Assembly: GCA_018400815.1 (NCBI GenBank)
Contig: JAGYLS010000027.1
Location: 1 to 21,274 of the forward strand
From: Candidatus Oleincola secundus
GTDB lineage: Bacteria; Atribacterota; Phoenicimicrobiia; Phoenicimicrobiales; Stramentimicrobiaceae
Reading direction: 5' to 3'
DNA length: 21,274 bases
The notes beneath the pieces are model-generated. The model worked only from the letters and a program-made list of their open reading frames with translations. It did no database searches and had not been told where the DNA came from. This document shows positions 7,258 to 17,627 of the stretch, piece after piece. Positions within the stretch are counted from its first letter, which is position 1, and each line of letters begins with the position of its first letter. The position numbers were made by a program, and so were the translations under genes.

Positions 7258-8517
7258 ATGCAAAATCCGGATAAATTTTTAATTACCGGTGGTAAGCCGC
7301 TAAAGGGAACAGTTGTAATTGATGGTGCTAAAAATTCTGCTTTATCTATTATGGCTGCCTGTCTTTTGTCACGAGAGGTTAGCATTTTAGAAAATGTTCC
7401 CAGGTTAAAAGATGTATACAGTATGATTGAAGTAATTAAAATACTGGGAGTAAATGTGGAATGGATAGATAATAATACACTTTCTATAGATCCCGATGAT
7501 TTCAATAACTATGAAGCACCTTATGAGTTGGTGAAAACAATGAGAGCTTCTTTTTTGGTTATGGGACCATTATTAGCTAGGCTTAAAAAAGCCAAGATAT
7601 CATTACCAGGAGGATGTGCAATTGGTGCCAGACCTGTTGATTTTCACTTAAAAGGTTTTCGTGCCCTGGGTGCTAATATAACTACCGAAAAAGGATACAT
7701 TAAAGCAGAGGTAAAAGAATTAAAAGGAAATGATATTTATATTGATTTTCCTAGTCTTGGTGCGACTGAAAATATAATGATGGCGGCTTCATTAGCAGAA
7801 GGCACTACTATGATAGAGAATGCAGCAAAAGATCCTGAGGTTATTGAATTAGGAAATTTCCTAAATAAGATGGGAGCTAAAATTGATGGATTGGGTAATG
7901 ACATTGTTACTATTACCGGAGTAAAAAGCTTAAAAGGTGTAAAGTATAGAATTATTCCTGATCGAATAGAGGGTGGAACATACATGATTGCCGCTGCAAT
8001 TACTAGAGGAAATGTAGAAATAAAGAATGTCAATCCTTATTATTTAAAATCATGTATTGTAAAACTTGAAGAATCTGGTTTGAGAGTAAGTACCAAAGAT
8101 GATAGTATATTTATTAGTGACCCGGAAGGAATCAAATCAGTTGATATCAAAACTATGCCATTTCCTGGTTTTCCTACTGATATGCAAGCACAATTTATGG
8201 CTTTGATGACTATTGCTAATGGAACTAGCATTATTACTGAGAATGTTTTTGAAAATCGCTTTGCGCATGCAGGCGATTTGAGAAGAATGGGTGCTGATAT
8301 CAAAATAGAAGGAAGGAATAGTATCATTAAAGGAGTTAAAAAGCTTAGTGCTGCACCTGTTATGGCTTCTGATTTAAGAGGAGGTGCTGCCCTCGTATTA
8401 GGGGCATTAGTTGCAGAAGGAACAACAGAAATCAGCAGGATTTATCATATTGATAGAGGCTATGTTAGGTTAGAGGAAAAATTGAGGTCATTAGGTGCTA
8501 ACGTTAGAAGAGAATAA
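7258..8517 (+). CDS. murA: UDP-N-acetylglucosamine 1-carboxyvinyltransferase
   Basis: GAKN, MRAS, LPGGCAIGARPVDFH (catalytic Cys present), PGFPTDMQAQ, FENRF, DLRGGA, HIDRGY. Confidence 0.97.
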   Translation: MQNPDKFLITGGKPLKGTVVIDGAKNSALSIMAACLLSREVSILENVPRLKDVYSMIEVIKILGVNVEWIDNNTLSIDPDDFNNYEAPYELVKTMRASFLVMGPLLARLKKAKISLPGGCAIGARPVDFHLKGFRALGANITTEKGYIKAEVKELKGNDIYIDFPSLGATENIMMAASLAEGTTMIENAAKDPEVIELGNFLNKMGAKIDGLGNDIVTITGVKSLKGVKYRIIPDRIEGGTYMIAAAITRGNVEIKNVNPYYLKSCIVKLEESGLRVSTKDDSIFISDPEGIKSVDIKTMPFPGFPTDMQAQFMALMTIANGTSIITENVFENRFAHAGDLRRMGADIKIEGRNSIIKGVKKLSAAPVMASDLRGGAALVLGALVAEGTTEISRIYHIDRGYVRLEEKLRSLGANVRRE

Positions 8518-8642
8518 AAAAGAACAATGTAATAGAAAAATATGTTTCATATGATACAATATTAATTAATCTGTTTTTTTATGGTATAAAAATATTTTAA
8601 GACAAATAATGATTAGGGATGTTTGAGGAGGTAGCTTTCAAT

Positions 8643-9662
8643 ATGCTTGGGATGGATAAAAGTTTAGGAATAGATTTAGGAACTGTAAGTGTATTAATAT
8701 TTCAAAAAGGAGTAGGGATAGTTTTACAAGAGCCTTCTGTGGTTTCTATTTATAAGGATACCGGAAAAGTTTTTGCAGTTGGAAAAGATGCTAAAGAAAT
8801 GTTAGGGAAAACACCCGGAAACATTATTGCTCTTGAACCAATGAAGGCAGGGGTTATTGCTGATTATGATGTAACAGAAAAAATGTTGACCTATTTTATA
8901 AAAAAAGTATCTTCTAATTCCAAATTATTTCGGCCACAGGTGGTTATATGTGTACCAGCAGGTGGTACGGAAGTAGAAAAAAGAGCAGCTCTGGAAGCAG
9001 CTGTGCAAGCAGGTGCCAAAAAAGCCTATTTAGTTGAAGAATCGATTGCTGCTGCAATTGGTGCCGGTTTAGATATTAGTGAACCTTATGGAAATATGGT
9101 AGTGGATGTAGGAGGAGGGACTACTGATATTGCAGTTATTTCACTGGGAGGAATTGTCGAAAGTGAATCTTTACGAGTTGCCGGAAATAATTTTGATGAA
9201 AATATTATTAAATATATTAAAAGCAAATATAATCTCATGATAGGTGAAAAAACTGCAGAAAATTTAAAAAAAGAAATTGGCTCAGCTATGGAGCAGGAAC
9301 AGGAGAGTTTTGCAGAGATTAGGGGAAGAGACCTTGTTTCTGGTTTGCCTAAAAGTATTGAAGTTGGTTCTTCAGAGGTTCTAGAGGCTATTTCGAAAAC
9401 TTTAGAATCAATATTGGATGGCATTAGAATGGTTCTGGAAAGGACACCTCCTGAACTATCAGCTGATATAGCGGATAAAGGAATGGTACTTACCGGAGGC
9501 GGAGCCTTACTAAGGAATTTTGATGTATTATTAACCAAAGTTAATAAAATACCTGCTTATGTTGCTGAAAATCCAATATCGTGTGTTGCTTTGGGAGCTG
9601 GAAAGGTATTAGATCAAATTCATTTATTAAAACAGGGATTAATCAGCAGTACACAAAGATAA
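8643..9662 (+). CDS. mreB: MreB/Mbl actin-like rod-shape protein
   Basis: GIDLGT, EPSVV, GVIADY, VDVGGGTTDIAVISLGG, LERTPPELSADI, LTGGGALL. Start placed at ATG 8643 after GAGGAGG (ORF track starts at 8619). Its position after murA, with no mreC/mreD, suggests an Mbl-type paralogue. Confidence 0.92.
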   Translation: MLGMDKSLGIDLGTVSVLIFQKGVGIVLQEPSVVSIYKDTGKVFAVGKDAKEMLGKTPGNIIALEPMKAGVIADYDVTEKMLTYFIKKVSSNSKLFRPQVVICVPAGGTEVEKRAALEAAVQAGAKKAYLVEESIAAAIGAGLDISEPYGNMVVDVGGGTTDIAVISLGGIVESESLRVAGNNFDENIIKYIKSKYNLMIGEKTAENLKKEIGSAMEQEQESFAEIRGRDLVSGLPKSIEVGSSEVLEAISKTLESILDGIRMVLERTPPELSADIADKGMVLTGGGALLRNFDVLLTKVNKIPAYVAENPISCVALGAGKVLDQIHLLKQGLISSTQR

Positions 9663-9701
9663 TAGATATATTTTAGGAGAATTTTAGATATTTTTAACAT
9701 A

Positions 9702-11582
9702 ATGATATCATTAAAAATAAGTAAGATAAAAAAAGAGTTAAATAAGATAATAATATTTTCTTTTTTCTCGATACTATGCTTATTATTATTACAGTCGGTC
9801 ATTTGTGCCCAAGAAGAGTTTATGCCTATTGATGAAATATGTTCTGGCATGAAAGGTATCGGAAAAACTGTCTTTTCAGGAATAGATATTGAAGAATTTG
9901 ATGTTGATGTAATTGACATTATTTCGGGTACGGGAATTAATAATAGTTATTTATTGGTTAAATTAAGTGGGGATAAAATTGATGAAAATGGTGGTATTTC
10001 TGCCGGAATGAGTGGAAGCCCTGTTTATATTGATGGAAAATTAGTAGGGGCTATATCACATGCCTGGGAAATGAGCGAACATAACCTATGCCTTGTTACA
10101 CCAATAGATAGGATGATAAAATTACTTGATTATACTACTGAAAATAATCAAAAAATAATTTCTGATGTCATAGACAACCATACAGTTTCTGTTTCTTTGG
10201 ATAATGACTTGCGAAAAAATATAGTAAGAAACATTCCGGAATATGAGAATGTTATTAATTTTTCTGAACAATTAGAAAAAAATATTTCTTCACTTGATTT
10301 TAGATATATCCAATCACCTTTATTGATTAGTGGGTTTGATGGACGGGCACATAAATTAATTAAAAGTAATCTTCTTAAAAAGGGTGCCACATCCGTTAAA
10401 AATATCTCTGAATTGCAAAATATTAATACAGAATTGGACATTGAAGCGGAAGTAAGGGAATTAGAATCTGGCTCTGCAGTTGGTGTACAATTATCTACTG
10501 GAGATGCAAGTGTCCTAACTATTGGGACAGCAACCTATCGCAATGATAATTTTGTTTTAGCATTTGGTCATCCTTTTATGCATCTTGGTAATGTATCTTA
10601 CCTTTTTTCTGCGGTTTATATATACTATAGTTTCCCCAGTATTGTTATGCCTTTTAAGGTAGGGTTTCCTTATTGTTTGGTAGGGGAAGTAACACAAGAT
10701 AGAGATGCGGGTATTTTGGCAAATTTGAATCGTTTTCCGCAGATTGTATCATGTAAAGTGAAAGTTTACGATATAGATAAGAGTGTAAACATTCAAAGTG
10801 GCTCAAAAATTGTGCCACAAAACGATATTGTACAAAGTATAACCAGTGCGCTGCTGATACAATCAATAGACCACGCAATTGATAGAATAGGGCAAGGGAC
10901 AGCCACTGTTAGTATAGAATTACGAGCTGAAAAATCAGGAGAAATGCTAATATATGAAAATATGTTTTTTAGCAAAGACGATATTGCTATACAATGTACT
11001 AAGGATTTTGAAGAAATAATTGATTTGATGATTAACAACTATGGTGAAAAAATAGCATTAAGTGAGATTAAAGTTGATATTAGCATAAGGGAGCAAAATC
11101 AAAGCGCTATTATAAAAGAAGTAAAATTGAGTGAAGAAGAATTTCTACCTGGTGATACTATAGATGTAGAAGTTAAAATTAAGCCATTTCGGAAACCTGA
11201 AGAAATCAAAATATCAAGAATAGAATTGCCTGATGATCTGGAACCAGGAGAGGCAGTATTGATTGTTAGAGGAGGTTCATCGACGGAAATAATAAGTGAT
11301 AAAGCAAATTTTGAAGACAAAGATAAATACTTATTAGATGGATGGGAAGAAATCAAAACACATTTTCAGAAGAAGATAAAAAATAATCAAATTGTTGCCG
11401 AGTTAATTCCCATAAATGAACGAGAAAGATTATCCTTAATAAATCAAGAAGAAAATGTAAAAATAGATGAAAATGAATTAAGAACAATTATGGAAACTGA
11501 TTTAATTGTGGAAGGATATCAGGAAATGTACTTGAATATCAAGAATGAAGAAAACAAAAGCAAGGACAGGAATCATGAGTAA
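9702..11582 (+). CDS. Exported SpoIVB-like peptidase S55 domain protein
   Basis: N-terminal hydrophobic signal; GMKGIGKTVFSG; GISAGMSGSPVYIDGKLVGAISHA; IGTATY...LAFGHPF. Start codon uncertain. Confidence 0.82.
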   Translation: MISLKISKIKKELNKIIIFSFFSILCLLLLQSVICAQEEFMPIDEICSGMKGIGKTVFSGIDIEEFDVDVIDIISGTGINNSYLLVKLSGDKIDENGGISAGMSGSPVYIDGKLVGAISHAWEMSEHNLCLVTPIDRMIKLLDYTTENNQKIISDVIDNHTVSVSLDNDLRKNIVRNIPEYENVINFSEQLEKNISSLDFRYIQSPLLISGFDGRAHKLIKSNLLKKGATSVKNISELQNINTELDIEAEVRELESGSAVGVQLSTGDASVLTIGTATYRNDNFVLAFGHPFMHLGNVSYLFSAVYIYYSFPSIVMPFKVGFPYCLVGEVTQDRDAGILANLNRFPQIVSCKVKVYDIDKSVNIQSGSKIVPQNDIVQSITSALLIQSIDHAIDRIGQGTATVSIELRAEKSGEMLIYENMFFSKDDIAIQCTKDFEEIIDLMINNYGEKIALSEIKVDISIREQNQSAIIKEVKLSEEEFLPGDTIDVEVKIKPFRKPEEIKISRIELPDDLEPGEAVLIVRGGSSTEIISDKANFEDKDKYLLDGWEEIKTHFQKKIKNNQIVAELIPINERERLSLINQEENVKIDENELRTIMETDLIVEGYQEMYLNIKNEENKSKDRNHE

Positions 11583-12270
11583 TATAGCTGTCATCGCTGC
11601 CGCCGGAAACGGAGAAAGACTTAATTGCCATATAAGTAAAATGTTGGCAAAAATATTAGACAAGCCAGTACTTTCTTATACCCTGGATCAATTTGAAAAG
11701 TCAAAAAAAATTGATGAAATCGTGTTAGTTGTTCATCCAAAGGATTTGAAATGTATTGAAGAGGAGATTGTAAAAAAGTATAAATATAATAAGCTAAGTG
11801 CCATAGTTTTGGGCGGACTGACCAGGCAGGAGTCTGTATATCGTGGGTTGCAATCTATCAAGAAAACCGATGGTATTGCTTGTATCCATGATGGTGCGAG
11901 GCCATTGGTTGAAGGATGGATGATTGAAGAGACTATAAAAATAACTGATTCTTATGATGGAGCAATTATGGCGGTACCGGTAGTTGAAACAATAAAGAAA
12001 GCATTATTACAGGAAGGGTTAGTTGAAAAAACAGTCAATCGTGATGAATTTTGGATTATTCAAACACCCCAGACTTTTAAGTTAAAGTATATTAGGGAAT
12101 TATATAAGAAAGCAAAAGAAGAAGGACTAAAAGCCACCGATGATTCTTCAATAGTAGAGCATTATGGAGGAAGTGTAAAAATTGTAGAAAGTTCAAGAGA
12201 AAACATTAAGATAACTACATCTGTAGATATGGTATTAGCAGAAATATTAATGAAGAATCGAATTAAATAA
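11575..12270 (+). CDS. ispD: 2-C-methyl-D-erythritol 4-phosphate cytidylyltransferase
   Basis: AAAGNGERL, GGLTRQESV, IHDGARP, QTPQTF, TDDSS, NIKITT. Start set at the second Met (11575), after AGGA and overlapping the upstream stop codon. Confidence 0.94.
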   Translation: MSNIAVIAAAGNGERLNCHISKMLAKILDKPVLSYTLDQFEKSKKIDEIVLVVHPKDLKCIEEEIVKKYKYNKLSAIVLGGLTRQESVYRGLQSIKKTDGIACIHDGARPLVEGWMIEETIKITDSYDGAIMAVPVVETIKKALLQEGLVEKTVNRDEFWIIQTPQTFKLKYIRELYKKAKEEGLKATDDSSIVEHYGGSVKIVESSRENIKITTSVDMVLAEILMKNRIK

Positions 12271-12271
12271 G

Positions 12272-13159
12272 ATGATTAAACTAAGGAGTTATGCAAAATT
12301 AAACCTATATTTAGATATTGGCGAAAAATTGGATAATGGTTATCATAACATTGAAACTATATTCCAAACAATTAATCTATTTGATGAAATAAAAATTGAA
12401 AAATTGAATGAACCTACCTATTACATAGTTTGTAATAATGATGAAGTGCCTGTCGGGAAAGAAAGCATAGTCTATCGAGCGATAGAGATAATAATGAAAG
12501 GCAAAAATAAGGGTGTTGCTGTATCAATTGATAAGAAAATTCCTCTTGCCTCAGGATTAGGTGGCGGTTCCTCAAATGTTGCATCTATATTACTAGGTAT
12601 TTGTAAGTTATTTCAAATAAAAGTAAGTACCTCACAATTAATTGCTATTGCTACCAGTCTGGGAATGGACATACCCTTTTTTATTGAAAGAGGAACAGTT
12701 TATGCCAGAGGAAGGGGTGAAATCCTTTTTCCGCTTACTTTAGAAGATCGGCCGATTCATTTGATATTAGTAAACCCGGGGATTGCGATATCAACAAAGT
12801 GGGCTTATCAAGCTTTTGACGAAGATAAAAAAGAGGATTTCAATAAACCAATTTTAGATATTATTAGATATATAAACCAAAAAGATGTGATTAACATATC
12901 TAAGATTAGAAAATATATCTATAATAGGTTTGATTCTATTATATGCAAAAAATATCCCCTAATAAGTGAAATTAAAAGTCAACTAATAGAATTTGGGGCT
13001 TTATCTGCTACAATATCCGGTAGTGGGCCAACTGTATATGGAGTTATGGAAAATAAACAAAAAGCGGATGAAGTTTACAAAAAATTAAAAAATCAATATC
13101 CATTTGTATATAGAGCAATGACTATAAGGGCAAAAAATATATTTATAAATAATGATTGA
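12272..13159 (+). CDS. ispE: 4-diphosphocytidyl-2-C-methyl-D-erythritol kinase
   Basis: AKLNLYLDI, GYHNIETIF, KKIPLASGLGGGSSN (GHMP kinase loop), GRGE, SGSGPTV. Confidence 0.93.
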   Translation: MIKLRSYAKLNLYLDIGEKLDNGYHNIETIFQTINLFDEIKIEKLNEPTYYIVCNNDEVPVGKESIVYRAIEIIMKGKNKGVAVSIDKKIPLASGLGGGSSNVASILLGICKLFQIKVSTSQLIAIATSLGMDIPFFIERGTVYARGRGEILFPLTLEDRPIHLILVNPGIAISTKWAYQAFDEDKKEDFNKPILDIIRYINQKDVINISKIRKYIYNRFDSIICKKYPLISEIKSQLIEFGALSATISGSGPTVYGVMENKQKADEVYKKLKNQYPFVYRAMTIRAKNIFINND

Positions 13160-13198
13160 TTTTTTATAGTATAAAATTATCAAGAGGATAACAAAAAA

Positions 13199-13675
13199 AT
13201 GAAAGTAGGATTTGGTTATGATGTTCATCGCCTCAAAATAGGAGAAGCATTAATTTTAGGTGGGGAGAAGATAGTTTATGAGAAAGGATTAGTAGGTCAT
13301 TCTGATGCCGATGTAGTAATTCATGCTGTTATGGATGCTTTGTTAGGGGCATCCGGTCAAGGAGATATTGGGGTACATTTTCCGGACAGTGACCCAGGAT
13401 TTAAAGATATTTCAAGTTTGTATTTACTGGAAAAGGTAAAAAAATTGTTAGATAAAAAAAGGTTTACAGTATCTAACATAGATTTAACTGTAGTGATCGA
13501 AAAACCGAAATTATCCGTTTATTACGATAAAATGAAAAAAAATATTGCGGTGGTATTAAAAATACCTAAAGATAATATTAATATTAAAGCCACAACAAAT
13601 GAGGGCATTGGATTTATTGGTCAAGAAGAGGGTATTGCTACCTTTTGTGTTGCTTTGTTAGAAAAAATCACCTAA
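13199..13675 (+). CDS. ispF: 2-C-methyl-D-erythritol 2,4-cyclodiphosphate synthase
   Basis: GFGYDVH, GHSDADV, DALLGA, GDIGVHFPD, NIKATTNE. Confidence 0.96.
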   Translation: MKVGFGYDVHRLKIGEALILGGEKIVYEKGLVGHSDADVVIHAVMDALLGASGQGDIGVHFPDSDPGFKDISSLYLLEKVKKLLDKKRFTVSNIDLTVVIEKPKLSVYYDKMKKNIAVVLKIPKDNINIKATTNEGIGFIGQEEGIATFCVALLEKIT

Positions 13676-13799
13676 TATATTAAAATTATACTGTATTTAT
13701 TATATAATGAGGTATGTTTGATTGACAGTACTTTTTAGCAAGAAAATAGAGAGTCATGGTAATATGACTAAGTAATTTTTAAATAAAGGAGAAGTAAAA

Positions 13800-14156
13800 A
13801 TGGATAAAAAAAACCAGGAAAATAATGAAAAGCAAGAAAATGTAAATAATAATGAGAATCAAAAATTATATCCACACCAGTTGCCATTATCAACATTGTT
13901 TACTTGGTTTATTGGTATTCTTAATGGTAAAGCATGGGAATATTTGGGTTTGATGATGAATCCTGAAACAAAAGAAGTGAATCAGGATTTGGGAAAGGCC
14001 AGAATTTCCATCGATAGTATCGAATTTTTATTTGAAAAGATAAAGGATGAGCTTGGAGGAGAAGAAAAAGTACAATTAGAAAATCTTTTGGCAAATTTGC
14101 AGATGAATTATGTTGAGAAAAGCAAAGAAAATAAAGATGATAAGTCTAAAAAATAG
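13800..14156 (+). CDS. DUF1844 family protein
   Basis: AWEYLGLMMNPET...DLGKARISID...L...LQMNYV pattern; RBS AAGGAG. Confidence 0.75.
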   Translation: MDKKNQENNEKQENVNNNENQKLYPHQLPLSTLFTWFIGILNGKAWEYLGLMMNPETKEVNQDLGKARISIDSIEFLFEKIKDELGGEEKVQLENLLANLQMNYVEKSKENKDDKSKK

Positions 14157-14201
14157 TTAAGATATATTTATATTGAAAGATAGATGGGAAGAGGTGCAGG
14201 T

Positions 14202-15209
14202 ATGACTAGAGCAAAGTTAAATACAAGATTGATTTACAATGTGGTATTTATTATTTTTATTTGTTTCATTTGTATTGAAGTTTCTGTCATGGCACAAGAT
14301 GCTCAGTCTTTTTATCAAAAAGGATATCAATATTTTACCCAGGGTGATTATCAAAAAGCAGAGGAGAATTATCAAAAGTCTATCGATTTAGACCAAAATA
14401 TTGAAGATGCTCATTATTGGTTAGGAAAAGTGTATCGACAAATTGGACAATATGATAAAGCTATTCCACAATGGATTGAAGTTTTAAGAATTAATCCCAG
14501 AAATCCTTATGCATTTAGATATTTAAACGAAAGTTTCCGTAGTACACCAAGAGTACAAAATGGAAGTGCTGATGATTATTTTAATAAAGGCCTTGAAATG
14601 CTTGGAGTTGCAGATGAAGTATTTATAAATAAGAACCAATATAGCAATCTGATCTTGCTTCAGGTTATACCATATTTTAAAAAGGCAATTGAGTTAAAAG
14701 AAGATATGATTGCTGCCCATTATTGGTTAGCAGAAGTTTATCATGCTCTATCAGAAAAAATAAGCTGGCAATATACTTCTATGGCTATCAGTAGTTTTGA
14801 AAAAGCAATTCAAAATGAAGAAAAGAACAACCCTAATACTTTCCAGAGACCGCCTGAATACTGGTATTCATATCAAGAATTAATACTTATTTTTCAATCA
14901 TTAGGTTTAAATGAAAGAAAAGAAAACCTGTTGCTAAAAATGCGAGAGATAAAAGAAAAGCCCTATGAAGAGGTTTTAAACGAAGCAGGATATAATGGTT
15001 TTGGTTACCCGGACAAGATTGAAATTATAAAACAAAATGAAGAAGATGTGATTGAGCTGTGGAAATATGTTGAGAAAGAAAAAATATTTAGAGTTGTGAA
15101 TAAGGAGATAGTGGGTGAAGAGACAACCTATGATCAACATCCACAAGAAGAATCTATGATAGAAGATGTTATTGAGAAGGAAATTGTGGATGATGAAGAT
15201 GCATTATAG
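14202..15209 (+). CDS. Exported tetratricopeptide-repeat protein
   Basis: Signal-peptide-like N-terminus ending VMA-Q; TPR motifs (YQKG..YF.QGDYQKAEENYQKSIDLD, AHYWLGKVY...AI, AHYWLAEVY); acidic tail. Start set after GAGGTG (ORF track starts at 14184). Confidence 0.8.
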   Translation: MTRAKLNTRLIYNVVFIIFICFICIEVSVMAQDAQSFYQKGYQYFTQGDYQKAEENYQKSIDLDQNIEDAHYWLGKVYRQIGQYDKAIPQWIEVLRINPRNPYAFRYLNESFRSTPRVQNGSADDYFNKGLEMLGVADEVFINKNQYSNLILLQVIPYFKKAIELKEDMIAAHYWLAEVYHALSEKISWQYTSMAISSFEKAIQNEEKNNPNTFQRPPEYWYSYQELILIFQSLGLNERKENLLLKMREIKEKPYEEVLNEAGYNGFGYPDKIEIIKQNEEDVIELWKYVEKEKIFRVVNKEIVGEETTYDQHPQEESMIEDVIEKEIVDDEDAL

Positions 15210-15852
15210 AGATAAAAAAGAAAATGAGCAAAATAAGAATAATGTTCGAATCGGCATTATGGGTGGGGTTTTTGACCCAATCCATATAGGTCATTTGTTT
15301 ACAGCTGAGGAAGCTAGAATTAAATATTATTTGGATAAAGTAATATTTGTACCTTGTCTTAACCCCACACATAAAAGAAATGGCCAGGTAACAGATATTA
15401 AGCATCGTTTGAAGATGTCTTATTTGGCAACTGATAATAATCCTTATTTTGAAGTATCAAAAATTGAAATTAATCGCTCAGGGCCTTCGTATACCATTGA
15501 CACCATAAGAGAGTTCCGTAATATTTATGGCTGGGATGCGGGGATATTTTTTATTACCGGAGCTGATGCTTTTCTGGAAATCGAAACATGGTATAAAAAG
15601 GAAGAATTATTAAAAATGTGTCAGTTTGTGGCAGCTACAAGGCCTGGTTATGACCTAAACAAATTACATCAGAATTTTAAAGAAGTATTAAAGATTATGG
15701 AAATACCATTATTAGCCATATCATCTACTGACATAAGAAATAGGATTAGGACTGGTTTGAGTATTAGATATATTGTTTTAGAAGAAGTAAGGGAGTACAT
15801 TTACAAACATAAATTGTATTCCTTGAAAAGGCTGGAGAATATTGGGAAGTAA
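15190..15852 (+). CDS. nadD: Nicotinate-nucleotide adenylyltransferase
   Basis: GIMGGVFDPIHIGH, SYTIDT, FITGAD, ISSTDIR. Start uncertain (15166, 15190, 15193 or 15199). Confidence 0.94.
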   Translation: MMKMHYRDKKENEQNKNNVRIGIMGGVFDPIHIGHLFTAEEARIKYYLDKVIFVPCLNPTHKRNGQVTDIKHRLKMSYLATDNNPYFEVSKIEINRSGPSYTIDTIREFRNIYGWDAGIFFITGADAFLEIETWYKKEELLKMCQFVAATRPGYDLNKLHQNFKEVLKIMEIPLLAISSTDIRNRIRTGLSIRYIVLEEVREYIYKHKLYSLKRLENIGK

Positions 15853-16456
15853 AACAACTGACTTGATGTCAATAGATTTCAATTATATTTATTCTTATCT
15901 AAAGAAAAATATGAGCGAAGAACGTTATAAACATTCTTGCCAAGTAAGCAAGGTTGCGGAAAATATTGCCAGACATTATGGAATTTCTACTGATAAAGCA
16001 AAGGTCTTAGGATTAATTCATGATTGCGCAAAAGATTATTCTATAATCGAATTAAGAGGTTTAATTAAAAAATATAATATTAAAATTAGCGAAATTGAAA
16101 AAAATATACCAGGTTTGTGGCATGCCTATGTGGGGGCTGAATTGGCACGGGATATTTTTAATATTAGAGATCAAGAAATGTTAGATGCAATAAGGTATCA
16201 TAGTACTGCTTCTAGAAAAATAGGTCTTCTAGGTAAAATTATCTATATTTCCGATAAAATTGAACCGGATAGAAAAACAGAACAACTGAATAAGGTAAGA
16301 AAATTAGTATGGCAAGATATTGACTTGGCAATGTTAGAATTACTTAATCAAGGAATAAAAAGCCTGATTTACAGGAATTTAATTATACATCCTGAAACTT
16401 TACATACCAGAAATAATATTATATACGAAAAAAAGGAAAGTTTGGTTAATGAGTAG
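15842..16456 (+). CDS. yqeK: HD-domain Ap4A hydrolase, YqeK family
   Basis: RYKHS, IHDCAK, WHAYVGA, AIRYHST, YISDKIEPDR; directly follows nadD. Confidence 0.88.
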   Translation: MGSKTTDLMSIDFNYIYSYLKKNMSEERYKHSCQVSKVAENIARHYGISTDKAKVLGLIHDCAKDYSIIELRGLIKKYNIKISEIEKNIPGLWHAYVGAELARDIFNIRDQEMLDAIRYHSTASRKIGLLGKIIYISDKIEPDRKTEQLNKVRKLVWQDIDLAMLELLNQGIKSLIYRNLIIHPETLHTRNNIIYEKKESLVNE

Positions 16457-17609
16457 GGCGGAAAGACAAAATAAAATTCAGAAAAAAGGTAGAAAAAAAT
16501 ATTTACAGATTACAATATTTGTTTTATTGTTAGTTGTGTGTTTTGCATTTTTATATTTCTTTAATATTTTTCCTTTTGGTTCAGATATCTTGGCTCATGA
16601 TAGATTAAATGTACTAGTTGTAGGAACTGATAGTGTAGAAAGTAAAGGGAGAGCTGATACAATATTTGTATTAAGTCTATCGCCTAAGACCAAGGACACT
16701 ATACTATTTTCCATCCCGAGAGATACAAGAGTAATGATCCCTGGTAAAGGAATGGATAAAATTAACCATGCTTTTGCTTATGGAGGCATTGAATTATTAG
16801 AAGAAACCATCGAAAATCTTATGGGATTACCTATTCATTATTATGGAGTAATGGATTTTGAAGGATTTCAATATATAATTGATGCTTTGGGCGGTATCAG
16901 TATCAATGTGGAAAAAGACATGTACTATGTTGACCAAGCAGGGTCGTTAAAGATTAATTTACATAGTGGACAACAAATATTAGACGGGGAAAAAGCGTTG
17001 GATTATGTAAGGTTTAGATTTGATCCATTAGGTGATTTGGGGAGGATACAGAGACAGCAAAAATTAGTAAATGCAGTTATCAATAAACTCATGAACATTG
17101 ATAGTATGATAAAAATTCCAAATATTGTCACCAGTTTAACAGAATATATAAAAACTAATATGAGTCCAAATGAAATAATTTCTTTGGCCAAATTAATGAA
17201 GGATATTGACAGGGACAAAATATGGGTTGAGACAATACAGGGAGAACCTCAATATATTGATCGGGTAAGCTATCTTGTAGTTGATGCACAGGAAGTCGAG
17301 AGACGGGTACAATATTTAATCGAAAATAAACATAGAGGACTTAATATTGAAGTGTTGAATGGAAACCAAATTCCCGGCATGGCTCATCATGTAGCAAGCA
17401 AATTGAAAGAATTGGGATTTAATGTTGTCAATGTTGATAATGCTGATCGTTTTGATTATCAGAAAACACTATTGATTATATATTCCAAAGAAATAAAGTT
17501 AGATGAATATATAAAGCAATATTTTGGTGAAGTGGAAGTTATCAGGAGAGAGCGACCACAAAACGAGATGGATATGACTATAATAATAGGTAAAAATATG
17601 CTATACTAA
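16449..17609 (+). CDS. LCP (LytR-CpsA-Psr) family protein with a C-terminal LytR_C domain
   Basis: N-terminal TM helix; GTD..GRADT, SIPRDT, KINHA, YVRFR..GDLGRIQRQ; C-terminal IEVLNG...G.A...L...GF...NAD...IIIG. Confidence 0.9.
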   Translation: MSRAERQNKIQKKGRKKYLQITIFVLLLVVCFAFLYFFNIFPFGSDILAHDRLNVLVVGTDSVESKGRADTIFVLSLSPKTKDTILFSIPRDTRVMIPGKGMDKINHAFAYGGIELLEETIENLMGLPIHYYGVMDFEGFQYIIDALGGISINVEKDMYYVDQAGSLKINLHSGQQILDGEKALDYVRFRFDPLGDLGRIQRQQKLVNAVINKLMNIDSMIKIPNIVTSLTEYIKTNMSPNEIISLAKLMKDIDRDKIWVETIQGEPQYIDRVSYLVVDAQEVERRVQYLIENKHRGLNIEVLNGNQIPGMAHHVASKLKELGFNVVNVDNADRFDYQKTLLIIYSKEIKLDEYIKQYFGEVEVIRRERPQNEMDMTIIIGKNMLY

Positions 17610-17627
17610 ATCAGACTAATTTCTAAG

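Noticed and set aside
13722..13750. Promoter upstream of DUF1844 (TTGACA at 13722)
   Set aside because: No acceptable -10 hexamer at 16-18 bp spacing.
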